DNA from: an uncultured virus (IMG/VR IMGVR_UViG_3300008113_006701)
Taxonomy: Duplodnaviria; Heunggongvirae; Uroviricota; Caudoviricetes
Length of the DNA stretch: 64,000 bases
Direction: 5' to 3' (one strand)
IMG/VR virus record: IMGVR_UViG_3300008113_006701
The notes under the pieces were generated by a model, which was not told the DNA's origin, searched no databases, and saw nothing but the letters and a program-made list of their open reading frames with translations. Below are positions 51,022 through 61,069 of this stretch, one piece after another. Position 1 is the first letter of the stretch; each line of letters starts with the position of its first letter. A program made the translations under genes and the position numbers.

Positions 51022-51728
51022 AAATACAAACATTTATATTCAATTGGAGAGGACAATACCAAAATACTTTAAATAAAGAAAAACAATTTAAAGAAATAGG
51101 TATTGTTCCTACAGTAATTAATAGTGATGAGTCTTATCCTTTTGAGGGCGACAATTGGCATTGTATTGGCGAGGAAAGTTATTTCAATGCACAATTTTTA
51201 AAAGCAATTGAATTGTTTGATGGTGATGTATTGTTTCATGTACAAGGAGATGCTTCATATGACAATTGGAAAGATCTTATTACTGATGCGAAAACATACT
51301 ATGAAATGGCTAATTGGGGAATCTATGCACCCAATGTAGATTATACCTGGTATGATTCATCTAGAACGGATGTTAATACTATAGACTTTCCTTTAGATAA
51401 ACTAAAGATGGTTGCTAACACAGATTGCACTTGTTGGTTTATCCACAAAGATGTTATCAATTGGTATAAAGAAAGAAAACTAGATTTTAGTAAATATAAG
51501 ATGGGGTGGTCTTGGGATATCGTATTGCCTGCATTATGTTATATTAATCAGCGACCTGTTCTAAGAGATTATAATCATACTATTTCTCATCCTCGCGGTA
51601 CGGCATATGACACGAATAAAGCAGAACAAGAAATGTGGCATCTCTACAATTCTCTTCCTTCGGATTTAAAGGAAGCATTTGGTCTTATTAAATCTAATAA
51701 AGAAGGACTTTCTAGATACTATGAATAA
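51018..51728 (+). CDS. Putative GT-A glycosyltransferase
   Basis: HVQGDA, NTDCTCW, GWSWD; context. Confidence 0.45.
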   Translation: MKIQTFIFNWRGQYQNTLNKEKQFKEIGIVPTVINSDESYPFEGDNWHCIGEESYFNAQFLKAIELFDGDVLFHVQGDASYDNWKDLITDAKTYYEMANWGIYAPNVDYTWYDSSRTDVNTIDFPLDKLKMVANTDCTCWFIHKDVINWYKERKLDFSKYKMGWSWDIVLPALCYINQRPVLRDYNHTISHPRGTAYDTNKAEQEMWHLYNSLPSDLKEAFGLIKSNKEGLSRYYE

Positions 51729-52356
51729 AATTATATCATTTAGTATATGGGGAAATAAACCTATGTATTGTGCGGGTGCAATACGAAATGCACAACTTGC
51801 TAAAGAAATATTTCCCGAATGGACTTGCTATTTCTTTTACAATAATACTGTACCTAAGATTTATATAGAAGCGTTAAATGCTTTTGACAATACTATCACG
51901 CATGAAATTACAGATTCTTCATACGGAGCCTGGTGGAGATTTTATCCGATGGTTGAGGGAAATGTTGTTTTATCTAGAGATACTGATTCAAGATTATCTT
52001 ACAGGGAAAAACGTATAGTTGACGATTGGATGGCATCCGATTATAAGGTATGCGTAATGCGAGATCATATTCGGCACTATGACTTCAATATATTATCTGG
52101 TATGTGGGGAATTAAAGATGGTATGAGCCCCACAATTTATAAAGGTATGGAATCTAAATTAGGGGAAAATTTCTATGCCGCGGAACAAATATATGTAAGT
52201 AATACGATATGGCCAGCATATGAAAATTCTCGCATCTCATATGGAATAAAAGAAACACAATGGATGCGAGATTCTTATAAAGATATAGGTAAAGATTTTA
52301 TTGGTCAACAGTATGATGATAATGAAATACCAGTATATGAAGGACAATTAGAATGA
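51721..52356 (+). CDS. Putative glycosyltransferase-like protein
   Basis: KIISFSIWG...Y..GAIRN, WRF, SRDTDSR (DxD), MRDH, GMWG. Confidence 0.6.
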   Translation: MNKIISFSIWGNKPMYCAGAIRNAQLAKEIFPEWTCYFFYNNTVPKIYIEALNAFDNTITHEITDSSYGAWWRFYPMVEGNVVLSRDTDSRLSYREKRIVDDWMASDYKVCVMRDHIRHYDFNILSGMWGIKDGMSPTIYKGMESKLGENFYAAEQIYVSNTIWPAYENSRISYGIKETQWMRDSYKDIGKDFIGQQYDDNEIPVYEGQLE

Positions 52357-53360
52357 GTACTATACTAATTACTGGTGGTGCAGGATTTATTGCACACCAC
52401 ACTATTAAAGAAATATTGGATAACACCGACTGGAATATTATTTCTTTAGACAGATTGGATTTTTCTGGCAATTTAAATCGTTTATATGATATGCTTAAAG
52501 ATCACGATCAAAAGCATAGAGTAAAAATTGTACACCATGATTTAAAGGCAGAAATAAATCAAACAACTTCTAATCTTATTGGTAGCGTAGATTATATTTT
52601 ACACATGGCAGCAAACCCCCATGTCGATAAAAGTATAAAGGATCCATTGGGGACTGTATTAGATAATGTAGTTGGAACTTGTAATATTTTAAATTTTGCG
52701 AGAACTCAATTACCGTCGCTAAAAAGATTTATATATTTTAGCACCGATGAAATATTTGGCCCTGCTCCTGCCGGTATGGATTTTACAGAATATGCTAGAT
52801 ATAATTCTAAAAATCCATATAGTGCAAGTAAAGCAGGGGGAGAAGAATTAGCAGTCGCATTTCATAACACATATAAATTGCCCGTATACATAATTCATTC
52901 TATGAATGTTTTTGGTGTAAGGCAACAAGCTGCGGCATTTATTCCGATATGTATCCGCAAAATTTTAAATGATGAAGTATTGACCATACATTCTGACAGC
53001 ACATTAACTAAAATACCTACAAGAAAATATGTTAATGCTTCAGATGTTGCTGAAGCAATTTTACTTTTACTACAAAAAGATGTTGAATCAATGGACGAAG
53101 GATTAGTAAAAGTTCCTAAATTTAATATTGTGGGTATGGAAAAAATTGATATTTTAACTATAGCAAAAACTATTGCAGGATGCATAGGAAAACCTTTAAA
53201 TTATAAACTAACATCTTCGGATAGGCCCGGTGCAGATTTAGATTATTCTTTGGCAGGAACAAAATTAAATGATTTAGGTTGGTATCCAAAAACATCATTT
53301 AAAGATTCTATTCCCTCAATTGTTGATTGGTATTTAAAAAATAAAGAATGGATTAGTTAA
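52353..53360 (+). CDS. NDP-sugar 4,6-dehydratase (RmlB-like)
   Basis: TGGAGFI, HVDKSI, STDEIFG, YSASK. Confidence 0.85.
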   Translation: MSTILITGGAGFIAHHTIKEILDNTDWNIISLDRLDFSGNLNRLYDMLKDHDQKHRVKIVHHDLKAEINQTTSNLIGSVDYILHMAANPHVDKSIKDPLGTVLDNVVGTCNILNFARTQLPSLKRFIYFSTDEIFGPAPAGMDFTEYARYNSKNPYSASKAGGEELAVAFHNTYKLPVYIIHSMNVFGVRQQAAAFIPICIRKILNDEVLTIHSDSTLTKIPTRKYVNASDVAEAILLLLQKDVESMDEGLVKVPKFNIVGMEKIDILTIAKTIAGCIGKPLNYKLTSSDRPGADLDYSLAGTKLNDLGWYPKTSFKDSIPSIVDWYLKNKEWIS

Positions 53361-54088
53361 TGAGTAAAAAAGTAACTATAATTACGCCAACAACCGGGTC
53401 TAATTATCTAGACATAAATTTAAATTCTGTTTCAAAACAAACATATGATAACATAGAACATCTTGTTGTTGTAGATGGTCCTAATTATTGGGATAAAGCA
53501 AACAATGTTTTAAATAACTATGAAGATAAAACAGTAATGTATCTTCAAGAAAATACTGGCGCAGATCAATACAATGGTCATAGAATATACGGGGCAATGC
53601 CCTATCTAGTCAATTCTGACTATGTTATATTTTTAGATGAAGATAATTATGTTGAACCAACCCATATTGAATCTCTTGTTAAGGTTGCCGAAAATAATGA
53701 TTGGGCATTCTCTTTAAGACAAATTGTAGATAAAGATGGCAAATACATTTGTAATGATGATTGCGAAAATTTAGGTAAATGGCCAACCTGTTTAAGCGAG
53801 AAAGAATTGTTTGTGGATGTTGGCGCTTACTTTTTACCTACAAAAATTGCAGTACAAATTTCTCCTATATGGTATAGACGGGCAAGACATCCCGACGAAC
53901 AGCCAGAAGTCGATAGACTTTTAATGCAAGTTCTGTTAGACTATGGTTTTAGTTATGATACTAACGGAGAGTATACGTTAAATTATAGAGTAGGTAACCG
54001 AGCAGATTCTGTACAAGCAGATTTCTTTTTGTGGGGAAACTCTAAAATGCAACAAAAATATAATGGAAATTTTCCCTGGAGAAAATAA
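53360..54088 (+). CDS. GT2 glycosyltransferase
   Basis: VTIITPT, QTY, VVVDG, FLDEDN. Confidence 0.82.
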   Translation: MSKKVTIITPTTGSNYLDINLNSVSKQTYDNIEHLVVVDGPNYWDKANNVLNNYEDKTVMYLQENTGADQYNGHRIYGAMPYLVNSDYVIFLDEDNYVEPTHIESLVKVAENNDWAFSLRQIVDKDGKYICNDDCENLGKWPTCLSEKELFVDVGAYFLPTKIAVQISPIWYRRARHPDEQPEVDRLLMQVLLDYGFSYDTNGEYTLNYRVGNRADSVQADFFLWGNSKMQQKYNGNFPWRK

Positions 54089-54829
54089 TTGAGAAAAGTT
54101 TTAATACATACCCATTCAGGTTTAGGTGACAATATCTGTTGCTATGGTATTGTAAAACACTTTGCCGAGAATGAATTCGATGAAGTATATGTTTCCTGTA
54201 AAGAAATATATCTAGATTCGGTTATGCATTTATATAGAAATGACGATAATATTTTTATTGCACCTATTCCTAATCCAGGCAATAATATAGGTTTAGAATT
54301 TGAATATGTAGATCAAATTTGTAAAGAACAAAATTTAGAATTAATTCGTATAGGATTTGATAAGGTTAAACAACCTTTTCACTACACACAATTTTATAAT
54401 CAAGTTTCTGTACCGTATGAAAAGAGTTGGGATAATTTTACAAGTTTAGAATCAACACCGCAATCTAAGCAATTATATGATTCTTTAGGATTAGAAGGCA
54501 AAGATTATGTCCTACTAATTAGTGAAAATTCTTATGGTAAAAGCGATCTTGTTGTGCATTCAGATTTGCCTAAAATTGAAATGTATAAAACGGATTTGGG
54601 TACAGGTGTTTTCGATTGGTTGGATGTAATTAAAAATGCAAAAGAAATACATAGTGTTGGTACAGGACCCTTTCATGTTGTTGACCGTATAACGGATTTC
54701 AATTATAATTGTCTTTTTTATTTCCACAATGTTAGAGATGACTTCAAGACAATCGACACTAGGTTAAAATGGAATTTAATTGAATATGAACAAACACCAC
54801 TTGGTTATTGGCGATCTAATTCTAGATAG
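54089..54829 (+). CDS. Putative glycosyltransferase-like protein
   Basis: HSGLGDNI N-terminus, FDW...AKEIH; TTG start. Confidence 0.5.
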   Translation: MRKVLIHTHSGLGDNICCYGIVKHFAENEFDEVYVSCKEIYLDSVMHLYRNDDNIFIAPIPNPGNNIGLEFEYVDQICKEQNLELIRIGFDKVKQPFHYTQFYNQVSVPYEKSWDNFTSLESTPQSKQLYDSLGLEGKDYVLLISENSYGKSDLVVHSDLPKIEMYKTDLGTGVFDWLDVIKNAKEIHSVGTGPFHVVDRITDFNYNCLFYFHNVRDDFKTIDTRLKWNLIEYEQTPLGYWRSNSR

Positions 54830-55715
54830 GTTTATTTACGGCAATGCAAATAGAATATCTGCAGAAGCCCCTACTCTAGTTTTAGATGTTGAAGAAGAAA
54901 TAGATATGCTCGGCGGCGCATATAATGTTGCTGCGCATATTAGTAATCTAAATCATATGTGTCATTTCCTTACTGTTACTGGTAAAGACTTCGAATATAA
55001 GATTGAAAATTTTAAAGACAAATTTAATCCAAATAGTATTTGCTATGTCCTGGCAGAAGAAAATAGATCTACTACAGTAAAAACAAGATTAATATCTAAG
55101 TATAAAAATACTCATTTGCTTAGATACGATGAAGAAACTTTACGGGATATCTCTGATCTAAATAAAATTAGTTTACTATCACATATTGAAAAAAATATTA
55201 ATACTATAGATGACATCTTGATGATTGATTATAAGAAGGGTGTCATAACAAAAGACCTTGCTCAAGTAATTATTGGTCTTGCTAATAGTCACAATGTCCC
55301 GGTTTATGTAGATACCAAGAAAGATGATTTAAGTAGTTTTTCTGGATGTAGTATTATTAAGCCTAATAAATATGAGTTTGAAAAGATTAGATTAAGGTAT
55401 GCACCCGACTATAGCATGGAGGATGCTTGTAAAATAATTTGCGAAAAATTAAAGATACAGCGCATCGTTATTACTGCAGGTAATGAAGGCATTTATGCGT
55501 ATGATTCTGCGGAAGGTCTAATACATTCTAAAGCAGAACAAGTCGAAGTTAAAGAATTAAGCGGAGCAGGCGACTCTGTTCTTGCAGTTTTAAGTTATTG
55601 TTTCTCCGAAGGATATTCATTTACTGATAGTGTAAATTGTGCAAACAAACTAGCAGCAAAATTCGTTTCTTCGGGAATACAATATAGAGCAAAAAAAGAA
55701 GATTTATTTGGATAA
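54786..55715 (+). CDS. PfkB-family sugar kinase, RfaE/HldE heptose-kinase-like
   Basis: IGDLILDRF, RISAEAP, GGAYNVA, DYKKG, KPN, GAGD. Confidence 0.85.
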   Translation: MNKHHLVIGDLILDRFIYGNANRISAEAPTLVLDVEEEIDMLGGAYNVAAHISNLNHMCHFLTVTGKDFEYKIENFKDKFNPNSICYVLAEENRSTTVKTRLISKYKNTHLLRYDEETLRDISDLNKISLLSHIEKNINTIDDILMIDYKKGVITKDLAQVIIGLANSHNVPVYVDTKKDDLSSFSGCSIIKPNKYEFEKIRLRYAPDYSMEDACKIICEKLKIQRIVITAGNEGIYAYDSAEGLIHSKAEQVEVKELSGAGDSVLAVLSYCFSEGYSFTDSVNCANKLAAKFVSSGIQYRAKKEDLFG

Positions 55716-55718
55716 GAT

Positions 55719-56741
55719 ATGATTAATAATTTTAAAGCGGCAGTATTGACAGAACATTATAAACCTTTATCGATTGAGACTTTTATTCCGCAAGTTCCAG
55801 AGAAGGGACAAGTTCTTGTTAGAATGATTTCGTCTGGCCTATGCGGCGCCCAAATTAATGAGATAGATGCAGTAAAAGGTCAGGACAAGTATATGCCTCA
55901 TTTTATGGGGCACGAAGGATATGGCGAAGTCTTAGAAGTAGGTGAAGGCGTAACCAAAGTCAAAAGCGGCGATCACGTTGTACTTCACTGGAGAAAAGGA
56001 TCAGGATGCGATTGCTTTGGGGGTAAGTATAATTACTTTAGCAAATTAGGTGTGGTGGGGTCTGGTCCTGTTACAACTTTTGCAGAACAAACAATTGTTG
56101 CGGAAAATAGAGTAACGCCTGTCACTAAGAATACTAATTTAAATAATTTATACCCATTAATGGGATGCGCATTATCTACTGCATATGGTATTGCTGTAGA
56201 TATAAAAAACAATTCTACAGTATTAATTACAGGTGCAGGTGGGTTAGGTTTAACTATTGCATTCTGGTTAAATGTAATGTATAACACTAAAACTATTATT
56301 GTAGATAAATTTGAATCTAAAAGAAAATATGCAGAAGAAATGGGAGCATCTTTTTATTCAACAGAAACAACCCCCAATATTTTTAAAGAATTAGATAAAG
56401 CAAACTATGTAATTGATACTACGGGAAATGTAGATGTCATATCTGCAGGATTCTCTTTAGTGCAAAAACAAGGATCATTAATACTAGTAGGTCAACCTAG
56501 AGTAGGTTCTACTCTTGTATTAGAAAACCCGTTATCCATTTTTGATGGCATTAAAATTTATAGTTCAGATGGCGGCAATTTTAATCCAGATGTAGATTTG
56601 CCAGACATTATTAGATATGTAGAAAAGAATTTAGAGCTGGCAAAAAAATTAGTTACTAATGTAATTAGTTTAGATGAAATTAATAAAGGATTTGACATGA
56701 TGCGTAATGGAGAATCTGGTAGAATAGTTATTAACTTTTAA
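55719..56741 (+). CDS. Zn-dependent (MDR) dehydrogenase
   Basis: GLCG, GHEG.G, GDHVV, GAGGLG. Confidence 0.85.
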   Translation: MINNFKAAVLTEHYKPLSIETFIPQVPEKGQVLVRMISSGLCGAQINEIDAVKGQDKYMPHFMGHEGYGEVLEVGEGVTKVKSGDHVVLHWRKGSGCDCFGGKYNYFSKLGVVGSGPVTTFAEQTIVAENRVTPVTKNTNLNNLYPLMGCALSTAYGIAVDIKNNSTVLITGAGGLGLTIAFWLNVMYNTKTIIVDKFESKRKYAEEMGASFYSTETTPNIFKELDKANYVIDTTGNVDVISAGFSLVQKQGSLILVGQPRVGSTLVLENPLSIFDGIKIYSSDGGNFNPDVDLPDIIRYVEKNLELAKKLVTNVISLDEINKGFDMMRNGESGRIVINF

Positions 56742-56750
56742 GGAGTGAGG

Positions 56751-57953
56751 ATGAGAAAAACTTGGACAGAACAAGAGCTTATTGCTTTTGAAGATAGAAT
56801 TGGTGAATTATATTTAGATAATAAGTTGCCTTTTCTGTTTCACCTTTCGGGGGGAAATGAGAAAGAATTGATTGATATCTTTAAAGATATCAAAGAAGGT
56901 GATTATGTTATTTCAAATCACAGAAGCCATTATCATGCTTTGTTGCATGGTATTCCTCCAGAAGTAGTTGAGGATAGAATTTGCAATGGTCGTAGTATGT
57001 TTATCTATGACAAAGATAAAAACTTTTTCTGCTCTGCTATCATCGGCGGCACACCTGCAATTGCTGCAGGTATTGCTTGGGCATTAAAGCAAAAAGGATC
57101 AACACAAAAGGTTTGGTGTTTTATTGGCGATGGCACAGAAGATAATGGTCATACCTATGAAGCAATTAGGTATGTGGATGGTTGGGATTTGCCTTGTAAA
57201 TTTATTATAGAAAACAATAATCGTTCTGTAGAAGCAACAAATGAAGACCGTTGGGGTAAACAAGCCGACTATGCGTGGAATTCTCCTTCAGTTATTAAGT
57301 ACTACTACAAGATCACATATCCTCATGCAAGAAAACCTGGTATGATTGATCTTTCAAAAGCTGTTAAGAAAACAGATGATGAATATTTCCCACCATTGCC
57401 TGAAGTATCATATCCAACATTTACTACATCCGATTTAAAATATAAAGATGCAGCATTAAAAGTTATGACTGACTTAGGAAATCAAGGTGCAATTTTTGTA
57501 GGTTACAATGTTAACAATGCACCTGGCGGAAATGCGATGGGCACATTAAAGAATGTACCTGATAATCAAAAGTTAGAAACACCCGTTGCTGAAAATTTAA
57601 TGGCAGGCTTGTGTATTGGTATGGGGTTTGAAGATTTCTTGCCTGTACTATATTTTGAGCGTCATGACTTTATGTTGGTTGCAATGGATGCGATTGTTAA
57701 CCACATAGATAAAATTGAAAGAATTTCTCACGGTGAATATAAAGTGCCAGTTATTATTCGAGCAGTTACTGCAGATGGCGGACCTTTCTATTCAGGTATT
57801 ACACATTCGCAGGACTTTACCAATATGCTTAGAGCCGCAGTAAGTTTCCCAGTTTATGATCCGAAAAACGGTAATGAATTGGAAGAAGCATTCTACAAAG
57901 CAAGGCATAGTGGCAGACCAGCAATTATTGTTGAAAGAAAATCTTTATACTAA
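56751..57953 (+). CDS. Fused TPP-dependent E1 alpha/beta-like enzyme
   Basis: HLSGGNE, HRSHYH, GDG...ENN TPP motif, then ETPVAENLMAG beta-like half. Confidence 0.8.
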   Translation: MRKTWTEQELIAFEDRIGELYLDNKLPFLFHLSGGNEKELIDIFKDIKEGDYVISNHRSHYHALLHGIPPEVVEDRICNGRSMFIYDKDKNFFCSAIIGGTPAIAAGIAWALKQKGSTQKVWCFIGDGTEDNGHTYEAIRYVDGWDLPCKFIIENNNRSVEATNEDRWGKQADYAWNSPSVIKYYYKITYPHARKPGMIDLSKAVKKTDDEYFPPLPEVSYPTFTTSDLKYKDAALKVMTDLGNQGAIFVGYNVNNAPGGNAMGTLKNVPDNQKLETPVAENLMAGLCIGMGFEDFLPVLYFERHDFMLVAMDAIVNHIDKIERISHGEYKVPVIIRAVTADGGPFYSGITHSQDFTNMLRAAVSFPVYDPKNGNELEEAFYKARHSGRPAIIVERKSLY

Positions 57954-58786
57954 TGGAAAAATATTATACTGAGGAAGGCAAATTTAATTATATTCGATAT
58001 AATAGTTTGCCTGCTCTTGCAGATCATATTATAGATCATTCGCCAAAGTACTATGACGGATGGGGCGTACAATGCCAACATCATAAACCTGTTGGGTTAG
58101 GTGTTGTTAAAGAATATGATTCAATTTTTGTTAATGCAGATTTATTGGATGGTTCAATAGATATGCTAACATCTATTGCTGTTCCATATCATTTGATAAC
58201 AGGAAATTCTGATACTTTAGTTAATCCTAGTACTGCTTTAAGAATATTAGATACTAAAGTAGTCTCTTGGTCTGGGCACAACTTTCCTAAAATTAACGAA
58301 AGATGTTTACAAATACCTATGGGATTTACTGAATTGGGTCCACAAAGGCCTAATAGTTTTTTTGAGTATATAGAATTACCAGAAAACAAAATGATACCTA
58401 TTATTATTACTCCATATGGGGCAACGCATAATAGTAGATCAGATTTAAGTAATTTATATGGTGATGGTATCTTAAATTTAAAAGGTAGAATAGATTATAG
58501 TAATTTTTTGACTCTATTGTCTATATCTAAATATTCTTGCTGTCCTAGAGGCAATGCTTTGGACTCTCATAGATTTGTAGAATCAATTGCATGCAATAGT
58601 ATTCCTATAGTAATGACATCTGATTTAGATCCTTTGTATCATGAAATGGGTGCTATTATTGTGACAGATTGGAATGTATGTAAGGATGTTAATTCTTTAC
58701 CTGTCCCTAAATTAAATCGTGATGTAGTAACTTTAGAATATTGGCAAGAAAGAATAAAGACACACCAAAAACAATTTGAAAGATGA
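57953..58786 (+). CDS. Exostosin/GT47-like protein
   Basis: SKYSCCPRGNALDSHRFVESI...IPIV. Confidence 0.65.
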   Translation: MEKYYTEEGKFNYIRYNSLPALADHIIDHSPKYYDGWGVQCQHHKPVGLGVVKEYDSIFVNADLLDGSIDMLTSIAVPYHLITGNSDTLVNPSTALRILDTKVVSWSGHNFPKINERCLQIPMGFTELGPQRPNSFFEYIELPENKMIPIIITPYGATHNSRSDLSNLYGDGILNLKGRIDYSNFLTLLSISKYSCCPRGNALDSHRFVESIACNSIPIVMTSDLDPLYHEMGAIIVTDWNVCKDVNSLPVPKLNRDVVTLEYWQERIKTHQKQFER

Positions 58787-59079
58787 TTATGATTGAATAC
58801 AAATATAATGAGGATAATTTATTGAATGAACTAAAAGAATATGTAGATAAGACATACGGAGAACATTATTCATTAAATAAATTCCAAGCGACAGAATTCA
58901 TTATTGATAGCGGACACGGCATAGGGTTCACTGTCGGTAACGTAATGAAGTATGCCCAAAGATACGGAAAGAAAGCCGGAAGGAATAGACAAGACGTACT
59001 AAAGGTGTTACACTATGCATTGATGATGTTATATGTGCATGATATTGAAACCAAGGAGCTAGATAATGCAAATAAGTAA
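58783..59079 (+). CDS. DUF3310-like conserved phage protein
   Basis: HY...GFTVGNVMKYAQRYGKK...DVLK. Confidence 0.75.
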   Translation: MIMIEYKYNEDNLLNELKEYVDKTYGEHYSLNKFQATEFIIDSGHGIGFTVGNVMKYAQRYGKKAGRNRQDVLKVLHYALMMLYVHDIETKELDNANK

Positions 59080-59722
59080 AGAGACGATTGATATCCTAAA
59101 GAACTTTGCTGGAGTTAACAGCAATATTCTTATTCGCAAAGGTAAGACTTTAGCAACAATTAGTACAGCAAAAAACATTTTTGCGAAGGCTGATGTAGCA
59201 GAAGACTTTCCCGAGGAAGTAGCAGTTTATGATTTGAATTCGTTGTTGGCTTTGCTGACACTTATGGAAAATCAGAATGTAGAGTTTGGTGATAAAAGCC
59301 TAACAATTTCTAAAGACAATGGTAAGTTTGAATACTTCTATTCTAGTCCTTCGGTTATTGTTGCAGCACCAGATAAAAGCATTGAAGTAGATAATCACTA
59401 TCAGTTTAAATTGACAGCTGAAGATGTTAACATGGTTATGAAGGCAGCAGGTATTACCGGTGCACCTACAATCACAATCTCATCCGACGGAACAACTGTT
59501 ACATTGACTATCGGCGATAAAAAGAATGACACAGCAAATACTTATAAGAAAGTAATTGGTACAAGTGAGCATACTTTTGATTGTCACATGGCAGTTGAAA
59601 ACTTTAAAGTTATTCCCGATTCTTATACAGTAACAATCTCGAAAAAGAAAGCATTCCACTTTAAACATGAAACAAAGGCATTGGAATACTTTATCGCAAT
59701 GGAACCTGATTCCAAAGTATAA
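59066..59722 (+). CDS. gp45: Sliding clamp gp45
   Basis: ETIDILKNFAGVNSNI, YDLNSLL, YFIAME. Confidence 0.93.
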   Translation: MQISKETIDILKNFAGVNSNILIRKGKTLATISTAKNIFAKADVAEDFPEEVAVYDLNSLLALLTLMENQNVEFGDKSLTISKDNGKFEYFYSSPSVIVAAPDKSIEVDNHYQFKLTAEDVNMVMKAAGITGAPTITISSDGTTVTLTIGDKKNDTANTYKKVIGTSEHTFDCHMAVENFKVIPDSYTVTISKKKAFHFKHETKALEYFIAMEPDSKV

Positions 59723-59805
59723 TGAGTATATTAAAACCAAATTGGTTTAATCGTAAAATGATTGAACTAGTTTTTGGTTGGATTTGGATTGACGGAAAAC
59801 TTTAA
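59722..59805 (+). CDS. Possible 27-aa Trp-rich peptide between gp45 and gp44
   Basis: TAATG-coupled; MSILKPNWFNRKMIELVFGWIWIDGKL. Confidence 0.3.
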   Translation: MSILKPNWFNRKMIELVFGWIWIDGKL

Positions 59806-59823
59806 ATATATTATGGAGTTGTT

Positions 59824-60513
59824 ATGGATTATCGTGAAGATGAGTTTTTATGGGTTGAAAAGTATCGGCCCCGCAAACTAGATGATTGTATTCTTCCTGC
59901 AGATCAAAAGAAGATCTTTCAGGAAATGCTCTTAAAAAATGAGATACAAAATATGCTACTTTGCGGTGGCGCAGGTATGGGCAAGACTACTGTTGCCCGA
60001 GCATTGTGTGAAGAATTAGAAACAGATTATATTATCATTAACGGTTCAGAAGAATCGGGTATTGATGTTCTTCGTACTAAGATTAAACAGTTTGCTTCTA
60101 CTGTATCATTCAGCGGAAAGCCAAAGGTTGTTATTCTAGACGAAGCAGATTATTTGAATCCTAATTCTACACAACCTGCTCTCAGAGCATTTATGGAAGA
60201 GTTCTCAAATAATTGTAGGTTCATTTTAACTTGTAACTTTAAGAATAGAATTATTCCTCCGCTTCATTCTCGAACTGCGGTTATCGAATTTAAATTACCT
60301 AAGACTGAGAAGCCAAAGATTGCTGCACTATTCTTTAAGCGCGTAACCGAGATTCTTTCAATTGAAAGTGTTACTGCAGATAGTAAAGTAATTGCAAAGG
60401 TTATCGAAAAGCATTTCCCTGATTATCGTCGTATTCTAAATGAACTGCAACGATAAGAAATTAATTTGGTTGCGTGTTTAACTGAGATTATGGCAGCAGT
60501 GGAGTTTAAATGA
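59824..60513 (+). pseudogene. gp44: Clamp loader gp44, interrupted by a premature TAA and an internal deletion
   Basis: WVEKYRP, GMGKTT, DEADYL; stops at NELQR (60456); the in-frame EINLVACLTEIMAAVEFK C-terminus follows at 60457-60513. Confidence 0.8.
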
Positions 60514-60785
60514 ATAATATTAGAGTTGCGGGAATAGATTACGAAATTCAATATCTATCTTCTGAGGAAATGAACGGTAACATTGGTCTTGCAGATTTTA
60601 ATAATCAAAAAATTATGATAAACACCGGCATTACAGAACAAACAAAACGTATTGCCTTGATGCATGAGACATTACATATCCTTGATAAAGCATATAATCT
60701 AAAATTATCTGAAGACCAGGTTACATATACTGCGCATGCACTAGTTGCACTTGCTGTAGATAACCCTAATTCAGGTGTATTATGA
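60510..60785 (+). CDS. Small HExxH metalloprotein-like hypothetical
   Basis: LMHETLH. Confidence 0.6.
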   Translation: MNNIRVAGIDYEIQYLSSEEMNGNIGLADFNNQKIMINTGITEQTKRIALMHETLHILDKAYNLKLSEDQVTYTAHALVALAVDNPNSGVL

Positions 60786-61069
60786 ATACTATAATTTTAG
60801 ATATATTTAAATGGATTAAAGATGACTATCGTTCTAATCGCATTCGTTTTGCTGTTGAGTTGTTGGCTTGGGCTATTAGTATTGGCTGCTCAATCACCAT
60901 GGCACTCACAGTCCCAAATCCTCCTCTTCTTGCTCTTTATCCTGTGTGGATTGGTGGTTGTGCCATGTATGCTTGGGCTAGTTATACTCGGAAATCATTT
61001 GGGATGCTTGCTAACTATATACTGTTAACAACTATTGACACAGTTGGATTAGTGAGGATGTTAACATGA
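60782..61069 (+). CDS. Small multi-pass membrane protein
   Basis: Three hydrophobic segments; ATGA coupling. Confidence 0.6.
   Translation: MNTIILDIFKWIKDDYRSNRIRFAVELLAWAISIGCSITMALTVPNPPLLALYPVWIGGCAMYAWASYTRKSFGMLANYILLTTIDTVGLVRMLT

Noticed and set aside
59789..59817. TTGACG before gp44 as a promoter
   Set aside because: No acceptable -10 hexamer at 16-18 bp spacing
60454..60456. Stop-codon read-through or recoding of TAA in gp44
   Set aside because: TAA is the normal stop throughout the window, and read-through would still leave about 90 residues missing
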